A stretch of DNA of 64,000 bases from a virus (IMGVR_UViG_3300038379_000173:1-64000), one strand, 5' to 3'; shown: positions 25,747 to 35,251, numbered from the stretch's first letter. Notes: generated from the letters alone by a model not told the origin. A program made the numbers and translations.

Positions 25747-26127
25747 ATGGACATTCTATGGGTTGTTGCACAAAACGCATTACCGTTAGTTTTAGCTGTC
25801 CTTGGTATCCTTGGGGTTTTTCTTGCACACAAATTATTGGGGCGCCTAGGTATTCAGCGCTCCGAGGCCATTGATAAATTAATTGATAAGGCTGTGAACG
25901 TCGGTATTAATGCCGCAGAAGTTGCGGCTCGCAAACATCTCACTGCTAAAGCCGAGGCTCTAACATCTGAAAATAAGATGGCTAAGGCTGTAGAGGTGGT
26001 GATGGGTGAATTGAAACAAGCCGGCCTGACAAAGGTAGCCCAAGATTTGGTTGTAGCGCGCATTGAGTCCGCCCTGGAAGCTGGGGGCCATGAGCCTGGA
26101 GTGCCTAGCGACCCAAAAGACTCATAG
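25747..26127 (+). CDS. membrane-anchored hypothetical protein (126 aa)
   Basis: N-terminal TM helix ILWVVAQNALPLVLAVLGILGVFLA. Confidence 0.5.
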   Translation: MDILWVVAQNALPLVLAVLGILGVFLAHKLLGRLGIQRSEAIDKLIDKAVNVGINAAEVAARKHLTAKAEALTSENKMAKAVEVVMGELKQAGLTKVAQDLVVARIESALEAGGHEPGVPSDPKDS

Positions 26128-26159
26128 AACAAGCTCTATCTCGTCTTGATGTCGTAGAG

Positions 26160-26432
26160 ATGACCAAGGCCATCCAATTGATGGCCGCGCAGAAGCTTAA
26201 TTTGCGCAATGAGCTTGATAATGATATGTTTAATCACATCAGCTACGTGTGCAATCAATGTCTGCAAATCTCTAAACGAGAGGGGTTGGGCAGTGATAGT
26301 CTCGTGTCGATGGGCAAGATGTTATGGAGGCTCTTTAGGGTCTTTCAAGCTTACAATGAGAAAAAGTGCGAGGTTACTCTCTCGCGCATCATTGGGGTTG
26401 TAGAGGAATTTAAAGGAGTTTTTGGGGCATGA
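26160..26432 (+). CDS. hypothetical protein (90 aa)
   Basis: ORF only. Confidence 0.45.
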   Translation: MTKAIQLMAAQKLNLRNELDNDMFNHISYVCNQCLQISKREGLGSDSLVSMGKMLWRLFRVFQAYNEKKCEVTLSRIIGVVEEFKGVFGA

Positions 26433-26593
26433 AAAGACTATAGACCAAGCCGGTTGGAATGGCTTTCCAAGTCTTCTTAAAACGCAAAGGGTGTACTCAG
26501 AAAAAGGAATATATCCACGAAGGACAGGCGAAACGCGAAGCTTTCAAAAGGAACATGAGAGCTTATCGTTGTGATAATTGTGACAATTGGCAC

Positions 26594-26637
26594 CTAGCAA
26601 AAAGCTAGCAAAAAGCTAGCAAAAAGCTAGAAAAAAT
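26594..26637 (+). repeat. 11-bp direct tandem repeat (ctagcaaaaag x3 plus a degenerate fourth unit)
   Basis: seen directly; helical-turn spacing of A-tracts; every unit contains TAG. Confidence 0.8.
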
Positions 26638-26666
26638 ACATCTTACTCTATTGGAGAAATGAAACT

Positions 26667-26876
26667 GTGAAACTTATAGTTGAAAAGCGTGGCGGCAATA
26701 TCTATCTTTACCGCTCAAATGGAGTAGGGGTGGCCGCCCTTGATAAAGACCCCGATACGGTCGAATGCGCAGTTCCTGAAAGGGGTGAGGTTGTTTGTTT
26801 GAACAATGAGCCCGAAAGGTGTTATTTTGTCCTAAACCACTTCGAGGAGGCCCACAATGGCTTACAAGCCCGTTGA
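26667..26876 (+). CDS. hypothetical protein (GTG start)
   Basis: ggaga 9 nt upstream of GTG. Confidence 0.4.
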   Translation: MKLIVEKRGGNIYLYRSNGVGVAALDKDPDTVECAVPERGEVVCLNNEPERCYFVLNHFEEAHNGLQAR

Positions 26877-27069
26877 TTTATCCAAAGGTGTTGATTTGAG
26901 TGCTATAGATGAGCGGGAAGAGGCTATAAGAAATGCTATACCACAACTAGCCGTTTCAATTCTGATGTCACTTGTCAATGGCCGTGGTAATGATGTTATG
27001 GTCAACCAAACAGTAGATGTGGCCTTTAAACTAGCGCGCGAACTCCTAGAGCGTAGCCTACGTAAATGA
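26857..27069 (+). CDS. hypothetical protein (70 aa)
   Basis: strong RBS gaggagg before ATG. Confidence 0.5.
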   Translation: MAYKPVDLSKGVDLSAIDEREEAIRNAIPQLAVSILMSLVNGRGNDVMVNQTVDVAFKLARELLERSLRK

Positions 27070-27533
27070 GGTGTTTAACTCTCATGTTGGTGGCGGCGCT
27101 AAGTGGCTGCGGTATACTGCGACCCGGTTGGGTGCGCGAAGATTCATATGACATTGATGATTCTAAGATTACCACCAAGGATTTTGACGGCCCACTCGGC
27201 GGCCACTTTGATTCAGATGGCAATTGGGTTCCGAACAAAACTGAGATAGTCACAAGCTATAAGCTCCCAGATATTTCGGCAGGCTTTTTACTTGACGTGA
27301 AACAATGGGTAGTGACACCTACCATTCAAATAGAGTTATTGGAAGTGGACACTCACATCCCGTATGTGCGCACGTTGAAATTCGACTTTGGGGTTGGTTA
27401 TCAAAGGGCTTATGGCTACGTTGGCAAACTTCTGACTAACATCTTCGAAATCTCAATAGGCGCCGTTTTCGGCTGGAACTTTGAGGACAGAGAATTCTTC
27501 TATGGGCCAGCCTTCACCATCATTAAGTTTTGA
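27066..27533 (+). CDS. lipoprotein
   Basis: signal peptide with lipobox: MRCLTLMLVAALSGC. Confidence 0.6.
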   Translation: MRCLTLMLVAALSGCGILRPGWVREDSYDIDDSKITTKDFDGPLGGHFDSDGNWVPNKTEIVTSYKLPDISAGFLLDVKQWVVTPTIQIELLEVDTHIPYVRTLKFDFGVGYQRAYGYVGKLLTNIFEISIGAVFGWNFEDREFFYGPAFTIIKF

Positions 27534-27542
27534 GTAGCTGAT

Positions 27543-27701
27543 ATGACCAAGAAAGCTATGATGAAGAAAATCGCGCAGTTGGAAAAGCACATAAAGGAAT
27601 TGGAAGCTAAGGAGTCTCCTACTCCTATTGCGTATGTGTCTCCGCCTCAAACGATAAACCCAAGGTGGGGTTTAGGACCTCGGCCGCTCTATTATGATTA
27701 G
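27543..27701 (+). CDS. small hypothetical protein (52 aa)
   Basis: ORF not in the track. Confidence 0.3.
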   Translation: MTKKAMMKKIAQLEKHIKELEAKESPTPIAYVSPPQTINPRWGLGPRPLYYD

Positions 27702-27803
27702 GTTACTTTACATACTCGTTGTGTGCTTTATTGGCTACGGGCCGCCTACTAAGGCTAAAATCTCACGTACTGAGTCGGTAGAGAAAAAAGCAAAGGTGAA
27801 CAA

Positions 27804-28061
27804 ATGAATCAAAAGAACGAATTTTTTACATCCGTAGTAGCAGCAGTCTGGCATGTTTTCTTTCTCGCTTTGTTTTTAAGCGGGATAGTAATCTTTCTGC
27901 CTGATTTTGCCACATCTGGCAGTGTCTTTAGCGGAGTCGTCGGATTAATGTCAAGTGTTTTTGCATTACGTCTTGTTTATACAGGATGTCCTATGTGTTG
28001 GCACTATAAAGTTGTTAGGGAAAATAATGACCGACAAAATCAAAACCCGCGGCCCAACTGA
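27804..28061 (+). CDS. membrane protein (85 aa)
   Basis: RBS aaaggtg before ATG; two TM segments. Confidence 0.5.
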   Translation: MNQKNEFFTSVVAAVWHVFFLALFLSGIVIFLPDFATSGSVFSGVVGLMSSVFALRLVYTGCPMCWHYKVVRENNDRQNQNPRPN

Positions 28062-28281
28062 CGAATATCGCGGGGGCTGGGAGCGAATTTGGGGCGCCGA
28101 TAGGCGTAAGGCTGACTGTGATAGCCTACCTCCATTCGGAGCCGATGCTGCCGATGTAGAATGTCCTTTGCCAGTAAGACGGGGCCGGCCAGTTGAAATA
28201 ACAGACGAAATAATAGAGACTCTTAAATCTTTGCCGCAACCACCAGATGGTGACGATTATTTTGAGGAGAAATATAAATGA
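28027..28281 (+). CDS. hypothetical protein
   Basis: internal ATG of track ORF 27955..28281. Confidence 0.4.
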   Translation: MTDKIKTRGPTDEYRGGWERIWGADRRKADCDSLPPFGADAADVECPLPVRRGRPVEITDEIIETLKSLPQPPDGDDYFEEKYK

Positions 28282-29180
28282 AACATTACGGAGAATTATC
28301 AATAAAACAAATGGCCGCACTTGGCGGCTGCGGCCTATTGGTCTTCCTCGGGAGTATATGTGGTCTGCGCTCATATAAAACCATCGAGCCTGGCACCGTT
28401 GGGTTGGTCACACGTTTTGGCGGTCTCACAGGCAGCGTGCTTACCGAAGGGTTTAATTTAAAGTTGCCCATTGATTCAGTGGACATCATGGATGTAAAGA
28501 TTAATCAACATTCCGGGTTAGGAATGCACGCCTCTTCCAAGGACATGCAGATTGTGACTACGTCGGTGTTAGTAAACTATAAATTAAACATCGAGCGCAT
28601 CATAGATATACGGCGACATATCGGGAAGGATGAAAAAGTTATTGAGGAAGGAGTGCTACAACCTCAACTCAATGAGAGCGTAAAGGCAGTGTGCGCCAAA
28701 TACAAGGCCGACCAATTGCTGGCCCAGCGCGCAAAGGTGCGCGAGGAAATGAACGAAGCGTTCCAGGCCAAGCTGGATGGAATACTAAAGGGCGCCTTCG
28801 TGGTAGTCGAATTTGCTATCACAGACTTTACGTTCTCCAATGCATTTAATCAAGCTATTGAGGCTAAAGTTGAGGCAGAGCAAACTGCTTTGCGCAAAGT
28901 AAATGAATTGGAGCAATCCAAGGCGGATGCAGAAAAGAAAATGGCGGTAGCGCGTGGTGAAGCCGAAAGTGCAAAGATTACCGCGGCGGCCAACGCAGAG
29001 GTAATCAAAATGAGAGCTAAAGCCGAAGCAGACGCTCTCTCTATTCAAAACCAAGTTCTAAAGTCCAATTTGGAATGGTTGGAGATGGAGCGACTGAGAC
29101 GCTGGGACGGTAAGCTACCTCTTGTAGTGGGTAGTGATAAGGTCTTTATGGATATTGGTAAGTTAGGAGGCGGCAAATGA
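28278..29180 (+). CDS. SPFH/Band-7 (prohibitin/HflK-like) membrane protein
   Basis: N-terminal TM helix followed by an SPFH-like core and a long Ala/Glu/Lys coiled-coil tail (AEQTALRKVNELEQSKADAEKKMAVARGEAESAK). Confidence 0.75.
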   Translation: MKHYGELSIKQMAALGGCGLLVFLGSICGLRSYKTIEPGTVGLVTRFGGLTGSVLTEGFNLKLPIDSVDIMDVKINQHSGLGMHASSKDMQIVTTSVLVNYKLNIERIIDIRRHIGKDEKVIEEGVLQPQLNESVKAVCAKYKADQLLAQRAKVREEMNEAFQAKLDGILKGAFVVVEFAITDFTFSNAFNQAIEAKVEAEQTALRKVNELEQSKADAEKKMAVARGEAESAKITAAANAEVIKMRAKAEADALSIQNQVLKSNLEWLEMERLRRWDGKLPLVVGSDKVFMDIGKLGGGK

Positions 29181-29503
29181 ACGAGAATATTAAACGCAAG
29201 TGGGTAAAGGCTTTGAGGTCTGAGAAATATAAACAATGGCAAGGCCAACTAAGAGACGTTAAAGGCTATTGTTGCTTGGGTGTTCTATGCGATATTGCAC
29301 CGAAAAAGGTAGGTCGTTGGTGTGCTGATGACGACAAAATCTTTATGTCTTCTGATAAAGATTCTTCAATTGAATTTCCAACTAAAGCTGTTAAAAAATG
29401 GGCTGGGTTGACGATGCGCCAATGCAAGCAACTTTCACATCTTAATGACAATAACCGTTGGTCATTCGAACAAATCGCTGACCATATAGAGCGGAAATAT
29501 TAA
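29177..29503 (+). CDS. hypothetical protein, paralog family W copy 3
   Basis: KWVKALRSEKYKQWQGQL...CCLGVLCDI...FEQIADHIE. Confidence 0.55.
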   Translation: MNENIKRKWVKALRSEKYKQWQGQLRDVKGYCCLGVLCDIAPKKVGRWCADDDKIFMSSDKDSSIEFPTKAVKKWAGLTMRQCKQLSHLNDNNRWSFEQIADHIERKY

Positions 29504-29805
29504 TGGATAACACTCTATTACTTCTCGTTTTGATTTCTGCGGCCACATTTGGAACCATTTACGTTTCCAGTTGGCTAGGTATGGCTAACTATTCTAATGA
29601 CATTGTCGTAGAGCGCCGACTATCTACCAACCGCGACATGCAAGTAGTGGGTCGCGCCTTTCCCCTCATTGTTGGGGCGGCCATGATTTGTGTGAGTGCA
29701 ACGATTTGGGGTGGAGAAAACAGCGCCGGCCTCATTCTTGTCCTCCTACCTCTCTTTGGTTTGGTGGCATGGAAAACAATAGTTGGGGTTAGTAGTAATG
29801 AGTAA
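29503..29805 (+). CDS. membrane protein (100 aa, three TM segments)
   Basis: ORF; hydrophobic. Confidence 0.5.
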   Translation: MDNTLLLLVLISAATFGTIYVSSWLGMANYSNDIVVERRLSTNRDMQVVGRAFPLIVGAAMICVSATIWGGENSAGLILVLLPLFGLVAWKTIVGVSSNE

Positions 29806-29971
29806 TGAGCATAGAGTTCAAACTCGTCGCATAGAACCTCCACAAATAGAACCTTTTGTGAGCGAAAAATTGCCTGTTGAGCGTTGGCTTGTTCATTTGA
29901 ACATAATAATGGGCGTTGGTATTTGCATTGCGGGTATATATACAGTATTCTATCTACTCTTTTTGAGATAA
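29798..29971 (+). CDS. small membrane protein
   Basis: ORF; C-terminal TM. Confidence 0.35.
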   Translation: MSNEHRVQTRRIEPPQIEPFVSEKLPVERWLVHLNIIMGVGICIAGIYTVFYLLFLR

Positions 29972-29984
29972 GGATTGTAGACTA

Positions 29985-30308
29985 ATGAGTCTGGAATTTA
30001 TTATGTTAAGTGACGACCTTCCTAGTTTTAGGATGCCTACTATAGCAGAGCATGTTATACCTTCTGGTTGCCCAACACCTCCAAGCAACCTAGAATCGCT
30101 ACCTCCGCGACCTGGTGAATTTCAATGGAAGCTCCCGTTTGGGACTTATCTTGCTAAGCATTACAACGGAGACGTGTGCGTACTAGAAGTAACCGATAGT
30201 GGATATTATGTAGCTGGTAGCGATGAAACGTTTGACGACAGTGATTTTTACGAGGTTGAGCGATTGGCCGCCACTGGCGAAGTAATAAAACTTCCAATTG
30301 AAGGTTAA
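29985..30308 (+). CDS. hypothetical protein (107 aa)
   Basis: ORF. Confidence 0.5.
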   Translation: MSLEFIMLSDDLPSFRMPTIAEHVIPSGCPTPPSNLESLPPRPGEFQWKLPFGTYLAKHYNGDVCVLEVTDSGYYVAGSDETFDDSDFYEVERLAATGEVIKLPIEG

Positions 30309-30858
30309 ATGGTTCCAATAACATACTACGACAACTTTGTCCTAGAGCCCAATAAAGTCCTGGCCGCCCTTCAAAAAGACCTCGCATGGGAGCGCCATGG
30401 AGACACGCCGCGCTGCGAATATTACATCAATGATTACGGCGCGCCATATACATATGGGAGGGGCTTGGGGGCAGCGCACATATAAACCTGGTCCATCCCA
30501 TCCTCTGGTGGATGAAATAAGGGTCGCGGCCGAGGAGTCGCTTCATTATACCTTCGACACTTGCTTCCTTAATCGCTATTTGAATCAAAGAGATAGTTTA
30601 GGATGGCATGCCGACAACGAGCCCGAAATGGACAATGAAAGGCCCATCCTAACAGTTTCACTTGGGGCCGAGCGCGAAATTTGGTTCCGTCCTTTAAATA
30701 ACCTGAGTGACGTTACTAAGGTCCTATTGCGGAATAGCTCCTTGTGTGTCATGGCGCCTGGTATGCAACAAACTCACCAACATCGTATACCAAAAGCATC
30801 CTTTATATGTGGAGAGAGAATTTCATTGACGTTCAGGGGGTATGTGCGTGGAAGATGA
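30309..30858 (+). pseudogene. alkB: AlkB-like 2OG-Fe(II) dioxygenase split across two frames (30309..30485 and 30397..30858); +1 frameshift in G-run ~30456..30470
   Basis: N-part MVPITYYDNFVLEPNK...YGAPYTYG ends at TAA 30483; C-part carries LGWHADNEPEMDNERPILTVSLGAEREIWFRP and a second His (HQHRIP); could be a sequencing indel or a real frameshift. Confidence 0.55.
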
Positions 30859-30984
30859 CAATCGTGAGATGTGGTATGTGGCGCTAATCATCTTGGTGGT
30901 TGGTGCGCTAGTTGGAGCCGCAACGTGCTCAATACCACGGCCCGACAGCATCATCAATGAACACAAAGAAAGGTCGAAGACTAA

Positions 30985-31320
30985 ATGACTGAATGGCAGA
31001 AAATTGGCACCATTGGCGTGGATGCGGGTATGTGTTGGATTGGCGACCCATGCTACATCATTGGGAAAGATGCTACAGAGTCGTGGGATACGTGGCGCGA
31101 CTTTCTAAGAGACCTCGGCCGCCCATACAAGGGTTTTAAATCATTTCCCTACAAAATGGGCCACGAGGGACGCGGTGTAGTTGTTGATTCTGGCTTCGGA
31201 GATGGTGTTTATCCAGTTATGGCGCGATTTGATTCTGGCTGTCGTGTAGCCGAAGTTCGTGTGATTTTCATAAGGGAAGATGAAGATAAAGAAAATTGCG
31301 ATGATGACTACGACCCATAG
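30985..31320 (+). CDS. hypothetical protein (111 aa)
   Basis: ORF. Confidence 0.5.
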   Translation: MTEWQKIGTIGVDAGMCWIGDPCYIIGKDATESWDTWRDFLRDLGRPYKGFKSFPYKMGHEGRGVVVDSGFGDGVYPVMARFDSGCRVAEVRVIFIREDEDKENCDDDYDP

Positions 31321-31406
31321 ATTGACAAGCCGCCAGACGAAAAACTCTTAAAGGCCATCGGAGAAGCCGACCAAGCAGCTGAAGGTGCTCATCCTGAGGT
31401 CACTCC

Positions 31407-31790
31407 ATGGACTTAATTCCACACAACAGTTGGTTCTCAATAGAGGAGTTGGACCTACAGTCTATTGGATTGACATTAGGACAAGCTAAGCCGGCGGCCC
31501 ATAGTTTAGCTAAACGTGGATTGCTAGATGAAAAAGTAATAAAAAGTGCGCGACTTATTCTTACAGAAAAAGGCTTTCTTGAAACCATTATGGGTCTCTC
31601 AGAGTTACACATCATGGATGTATTATTTGAACGCGAAGAAAGAGAAAAGGATAAACCTCCAGAGGAGCAGGTTTGGATGAGTCCAGATGAGGTTATTGAC
31701 GAGGTGGTCAGAAGAAGGCAAGTTAAACTTCGTGAATGGCTTGACAAAGCTGCCGATGACACTCATCCTGAGGCTACACAATGGACATAG
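31407..31790 (+). CDS. hypothetical protein (127 aa)
   Basis: ORF. Confidence 0.5.
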   Translation: MDLIPHNSWFSIEELDLQSIGLTLGQAKPAAHSLAKRGLLDEKVIKSARLILTEKGFLETIMGLSELHIMDVLFEREEREKDKPPEEQVWMSPDEVIDEVVRRRQVKLREWLDKAADDTHPEATQWT

Positions 31791-32020
31791 TTTTATTGAA
31801 TGAAGCCAACGACATACGACATTCATTTCAAATTTGGTTAGATGACAACGGTGATGACTCAATTTTAGATGACCTGATAGTTGATAAGGCTATTGATGAA
31901 TTAGAAAAGGCATTCTGTGCGGTTTTAGGCTGCGTGCCGACCCAAGACCATTGCGGCCGGCCCGAACATGATTTTTGTATGTGGTGCCGCAAACCGACAC
32001 CTGGCCTAGCGACACGATGA
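31781..32020 (+). CDS. hypothetical Cys-containing protein (79 aa)
   Basis: ORF. Confidence 0.4.
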   Translation: MDIVLLNEANDIRHSFQIWLDDNGDDSILDDLIVDKAIDELEKAFCAVLGCVPTQDHCGRPEHDFCMWCRKPTPGLATR

Positions 32021-32529
32021 CTAAAATTCGTAACGTGATAGACCACTATGCATACTGGCGCACAGAAGCTATTAAGGCTGAACTAAATACACGCCGCCAT
32101 CCGTTTGGGATATTAATCTCAAACCTTCAAAATGATTTTAATATTGGCACTGTAATACGCTCGGCCAACGCCTTTCTGGCGCGCGAAGTAATTATTTGCG
32201 GCAGGAAAAAGTATGACCGCCGCGGCACTGTAGGAACCCACCATTATGAGAATTTACGCTGGGTGAAGGAAGAAGATGTGGCCGCCCTGGGCTACCATTA
32301 CAATCTCGTGGCCATTGACAATGTGGATGGAGCCGAACCTATTGAGACCTTCAAATGGCCGACGAACCCTCTCATGCTGTTCGGACAAGAACAGGGCGGG
32401 CTGCCTTCTTCTTTGTTGTCTATTGCCGCCCACAAGGTTTACATCCGCCAATATGGCTCTGTGCGCTCATTAAACGTCGGGAGTGCGGCCTCCATTGCAA
32501 TGTATGATTGGTGTGTGAAGAACGGATGA
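32017..32529 (+). CDS. SpoU-family (SPOUT) RNA 2'-O-methyltransferase, TrmL-like
   Basis: ATGA-coupled start; motifs LFGQEQGGLP and RSLNVGSAASIAMYD. Confidence 0.7.
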   Translation: MTKIRNVIDHYAYWRTEAIKAELNTRRHPFGILISNLQNDFNIGTVIRSANAFLAREVIICGRKKYDRRGTVGTHHYENLRWVKEEDVAALGYHYNLVAIDNVDGAEPIETFKWPTNPLMLFGQEQGGLPSSLLSIAAHKVYIRQYGSVRSLNVGSAASIAMYDWCVKNG

Positions 32530-33026
32530 GCAGGAAGAGGGTAGGTAATAGTCGTTGTAAGTGGGCACGCGGCCCAAAGATTGTGCCTGATGCACAAAAT
32601 CGTTTGCCTATTGGCTGGGGTACCAAGTACAGAAGTTATGACGAGCGATGTAGGCAGTGGTTGCTGCGGCCCAACAAAGAAAGGGCCGCCTGTCCACTCC
32701 CACGCTTCGAACAACCGCCAGTAATTACTTACCTTCCTATAGAAGGTTTATGTAGCAGGTTTATATTAGACGGGTTGTCTTTATTTTGGTCGAATGGACA
32801 CGCCTATATAGGCAAGCGGGAAATTGAGAGATTTAGGCCCCGCAAAGGCTTCTGGTATAAAGAAGCATTCGGTACATTCTACATTGGACAGACCGTCCAA
32901 GAAGCACTAACGTGGTTCGAAACCCAAAGTTTTGGGATTATCAATTTTATACTTGGAATGTTAGCTTACAATGATTTTCGTAGACAAATTCAAAAGTTTC
33001 TACAAGAAATCGGTGAAACGGAATGA
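32526..33026 (+). CDS. hypothetical protein
   Basis: internal ATG of track ORF 32508..33026. Confidence 0.4.
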   Translation: MSRKRVGNSRCKWARGPKIVPDAQNRLPIGWGTKYRSYDERCRQWLLRPNKERAACPLPRFEQPPVITYLPIEGLCSRFILDGLSLFWSNGHAYIGKREIERFRPRKGFWYKEAFGTFYIGQTVQEALTWFETQSFGIINFILGMLAYNDFRRQIQKFLQEIGETE

Positions 33027-33406
33027 GTGAGATAAATCGCGAAGACACGATTAAGTTGCTACGCGCCGCTCTCTCTGGGTCGGAGTCGTCTAGCGTCCTA
33101 GAGATTCTAAGTAAGGCTGCGACGTGCAATGGTTCGACTGAAGCAACTCTATTGGTGTTAGAAACCCTATCATGCCAGCCAACCATAGAGATGCAAGAGG
33201 CTCTCTGGGAAGTTATAGAGGATTGTTTGGTATTTAAACATTACGACTGTATGCTTCCTGCTATAAAAGCCGCGAAGTTTTTGGTTGAACCTTGGCGCAA
33301 AAACATCAAGGAGTTGTTAGCGGCCTACATTACAGATGTCTATGATAACTATGACGATTTAGACGAAAAAACAAAGGCCGCGGCCAAGGCGTTCTTGGAG
33401 GAATAA
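33023..33406 (+). CDS. hypothetical protein (127 aa)
   Basis: ATGA overlap. Confidence 0.45.
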   Translation: MSEINREDTIKLLRAALSGSESSSVLEILSKAATCNGSTEATLLVLETLSCQPTIEMQEALWEVIEDCLVFKHYDCMLPAIKAAKFLVEPWRKNIKELLAAYITDVYDNYDDLDEKTKAAAKAFLEE

Positions 33407-33699
33407 TGGGTGAGCTAATGGGCGAGCTAACGAGCGAACAAGATATTGATTGGTCAAAGGTTCATGGATTGCGTTATGGTATTGTGGAGTGGATGGACCC
33501 ACATGGTCGCAATTTCTTTTCAATCGAAACTATCTATGTAGATGACAAAGGTAGAGTTATTACTCATTCGATGGGATATAATGCGGCGGCTGATTCAATT
33601 GAGGAGTTAATAGAGGATTTACGAATAATGTTGAAAGATATTGAAAATAATCCCAATCCTGTAGCGAGGACAGAATATGAGCCGGAGGATAATCAGTAA
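33406..33699 (+). CDS. hypothetical protein (97 aa)
   Basis: taATGg overlap. Confidence 0.45.
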   Translation: MGELMGELTSEQDIDWSKVHGLRYGIVEWMDPHGRNFFSIETIYVDDKGRVITHSMGYNAAADSIEELIEDLRIMLKDIENNPNPVARTEYEPEDNQ

Positions 33700-33887
33700 T
33701 GGATAGCCATATCCTTGAGTTGGAAAGAAAATTCGCTGCGTCAAACTCCATTGAGGATGGTATCAAACTCGGCATTGCTAGAGCGCGGATAACCCCCCCC
33801 TACCCCGGCACCGGCACCGAGGCCCCGGCGCTCGAGGCCGCGTTCAAAAAAATCGTTAATAGAGATATTGGCAAAAGATTTCTGTAA
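33699..33887 (+). CDS. hypothetical protein (62 aa)
   Basis: ORF; contains a GC-rich Pro/Gly-rich stretch. Confidence 0.4.
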   Translation: MDSHILELERKFAASNSIEDGIKLGIARARITPPYPGTGTEAPALEAAFKKIVNRDIGKRFL

Positions 33888-34002
33888 TAATTGGATTGAT
33901 ATAGGAAAAAACCAACATATACTAAATCTTCCAAACGGATGTATTTATGTTGGTTTGAGATATGAGAATTATGCTGTTTTTATTCCTGGAGTAAACGTAT
34001 CA

Positions 34003-34179
34003 TGAAAACTTGGGCTGAAAATATGGCTGAATACTGGAAAGTAACACGCGAAGAATATCACGATGCATATAAAAAGGCTTGCGAGACTCTTAAAGAAGAA
34101 GATATAAAATATGCAAACTTTAAGGCAGATGAGTTGATTAGAATAGCAAAGACTAGATTCGACGAATATGACAATTGAA
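34003..34179 (+). CDS. small hypothetical protein (58 aa) in an AT-rich island
   Basis: ORF not in the track. Confidence 0.3.
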
Positions 34180-34292
34180 GACGATTGTTTTCTACGATTA
34201 GAAAGGTTTTGTTCTCTAGATTGCTTACAAAACAAAAATGAAGCTACTGAAATACAACTTCTGGTATTGAGAATACAAATTTTGGAATTGGA

Positions 34293-34589
34293 GTGTCGTG
34301 TCTCGTCATGGATGAACAATTAAGAACACTAGAGCGTGCCGCCGCCCAAGGAGACACTGAGGCCCAACAGCAATTGGAGAGGCAAGGAGCCAGGTGTGGC
34401 TCACCGTGGGATGAATATGTAGGGAAGAACATTTATTGTCACTTTTCAGATAAAAGAGATTCCAGTGGAGTATTGCGTTGGGTTAAACGTGCTGGTTATC
34501 ACTATGTTGGTCGTGTAGATAGTATACAAAGTAATAAAATTCGTATTGTTAATTTAACACTAGCATTGCTAATAGAAGTAACACCATGA
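34293..34589 (+). CDS. hypothetical protein (98 aa)
   Basis: ORF. Confidence 0.4.
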   Translation: MSCLVMDEQLRTLERAAAQGDTEAQQQLERQGARCGSPWDEYVGKNIYCHFSDKRDSSGVLRWVKRAGYHYVGRVDSIQSNKIRIVNLTLALLIEVTP

Positions 34590-35251
34590 AAATAGTCGCA
34601 ACCTCAGACACTCACGGCCAACTTGGGAAAGTCAAGCTGCCGCCAGGCGATGTATTGGTCGTCGCTGGGGACATCCTAAGGAACTTTACACTAGACCGTC
34701 ACATAGATTCACAAATACAGTTGAAGCATTTAAAGTGCGACTTTGTGCCGTGGCTTATAATGTGCCGCAAAATTTACAGCACCATCCTGGTCATCCCTGG
34801 CAATCACGACAGGTGTTTTGAACATCTAGAGAATGAGTGTAGGCGGCTTGTTGAAGAAGTTGATAGAACATTCCTATTGATTGACCGCACTATCGATATT
34901 GATGGAGTAAAATTTTACGGTAGCCCTTGGACGCCTTGGTTTTACGGTGATGTTTGGTCGTTCAATATACCAGAAAAAGAGGGCGCGGCCAAAGCAATTT
35001 GGGAAAAGATACCCGCAGATACTGACGTTGTGATAACGCATGGGCCGCCTTATGGTATCAGGGATTATTGTGATAGACACGCTGGGTGTTCAGTGTTGGG
35101 CTCTAGGATTTTAGAAATAAAGCCGCGCGCCCATATATTTGGACACATCCACGAAGGTGCGGGACAGTCGTTAATAGACAGTACCCTATATGTTAATGCA
35201 GCATTCATGGATAAAGGTAGCGGGCCGCAAGTTTCTGAGGTTACCAAATGA
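34586..35251 (+). CDS. calcineurin-like metallophosphoesterase (second copy)
   Basis: motifs SDTHGQ, GDIL, PGNHD, GPPYG, GHIHEG. Confidence 0.8.
   Translation: MKIVATSDTHGQLGKVKLPPGDVLVVAGDILRNFTLDRHIDSQIQLKHLKCDFVPWLIMCRKIYSTILVIPGNHDRCFEHLENECRRLVEEVDRTFLLIDRTIDIDGVKFYGSPWTPWFYGDVWSFNIPEKEGAAKAIWEKIPADTDVVITHGPPYGIRDYCDRHAGCSVLGSRILEIKPRAHIFGHIHEGAGQSLIDSTLYVNAAFMDKGSGPQVSEVTK

Noticed and set aside
26594-26637. CRISPR array
   Set aside because: Units are 11 bp, directly abutting with no spacers, and only about 3.5 copies.
32526-33026. GIY-YIG homing endonuclease call for 32526..33026 (two YIG tripeptides)
   Set aside because: No GIY motif and no conserved Arg/Glu/His spacing; similarity is too short to support the call.
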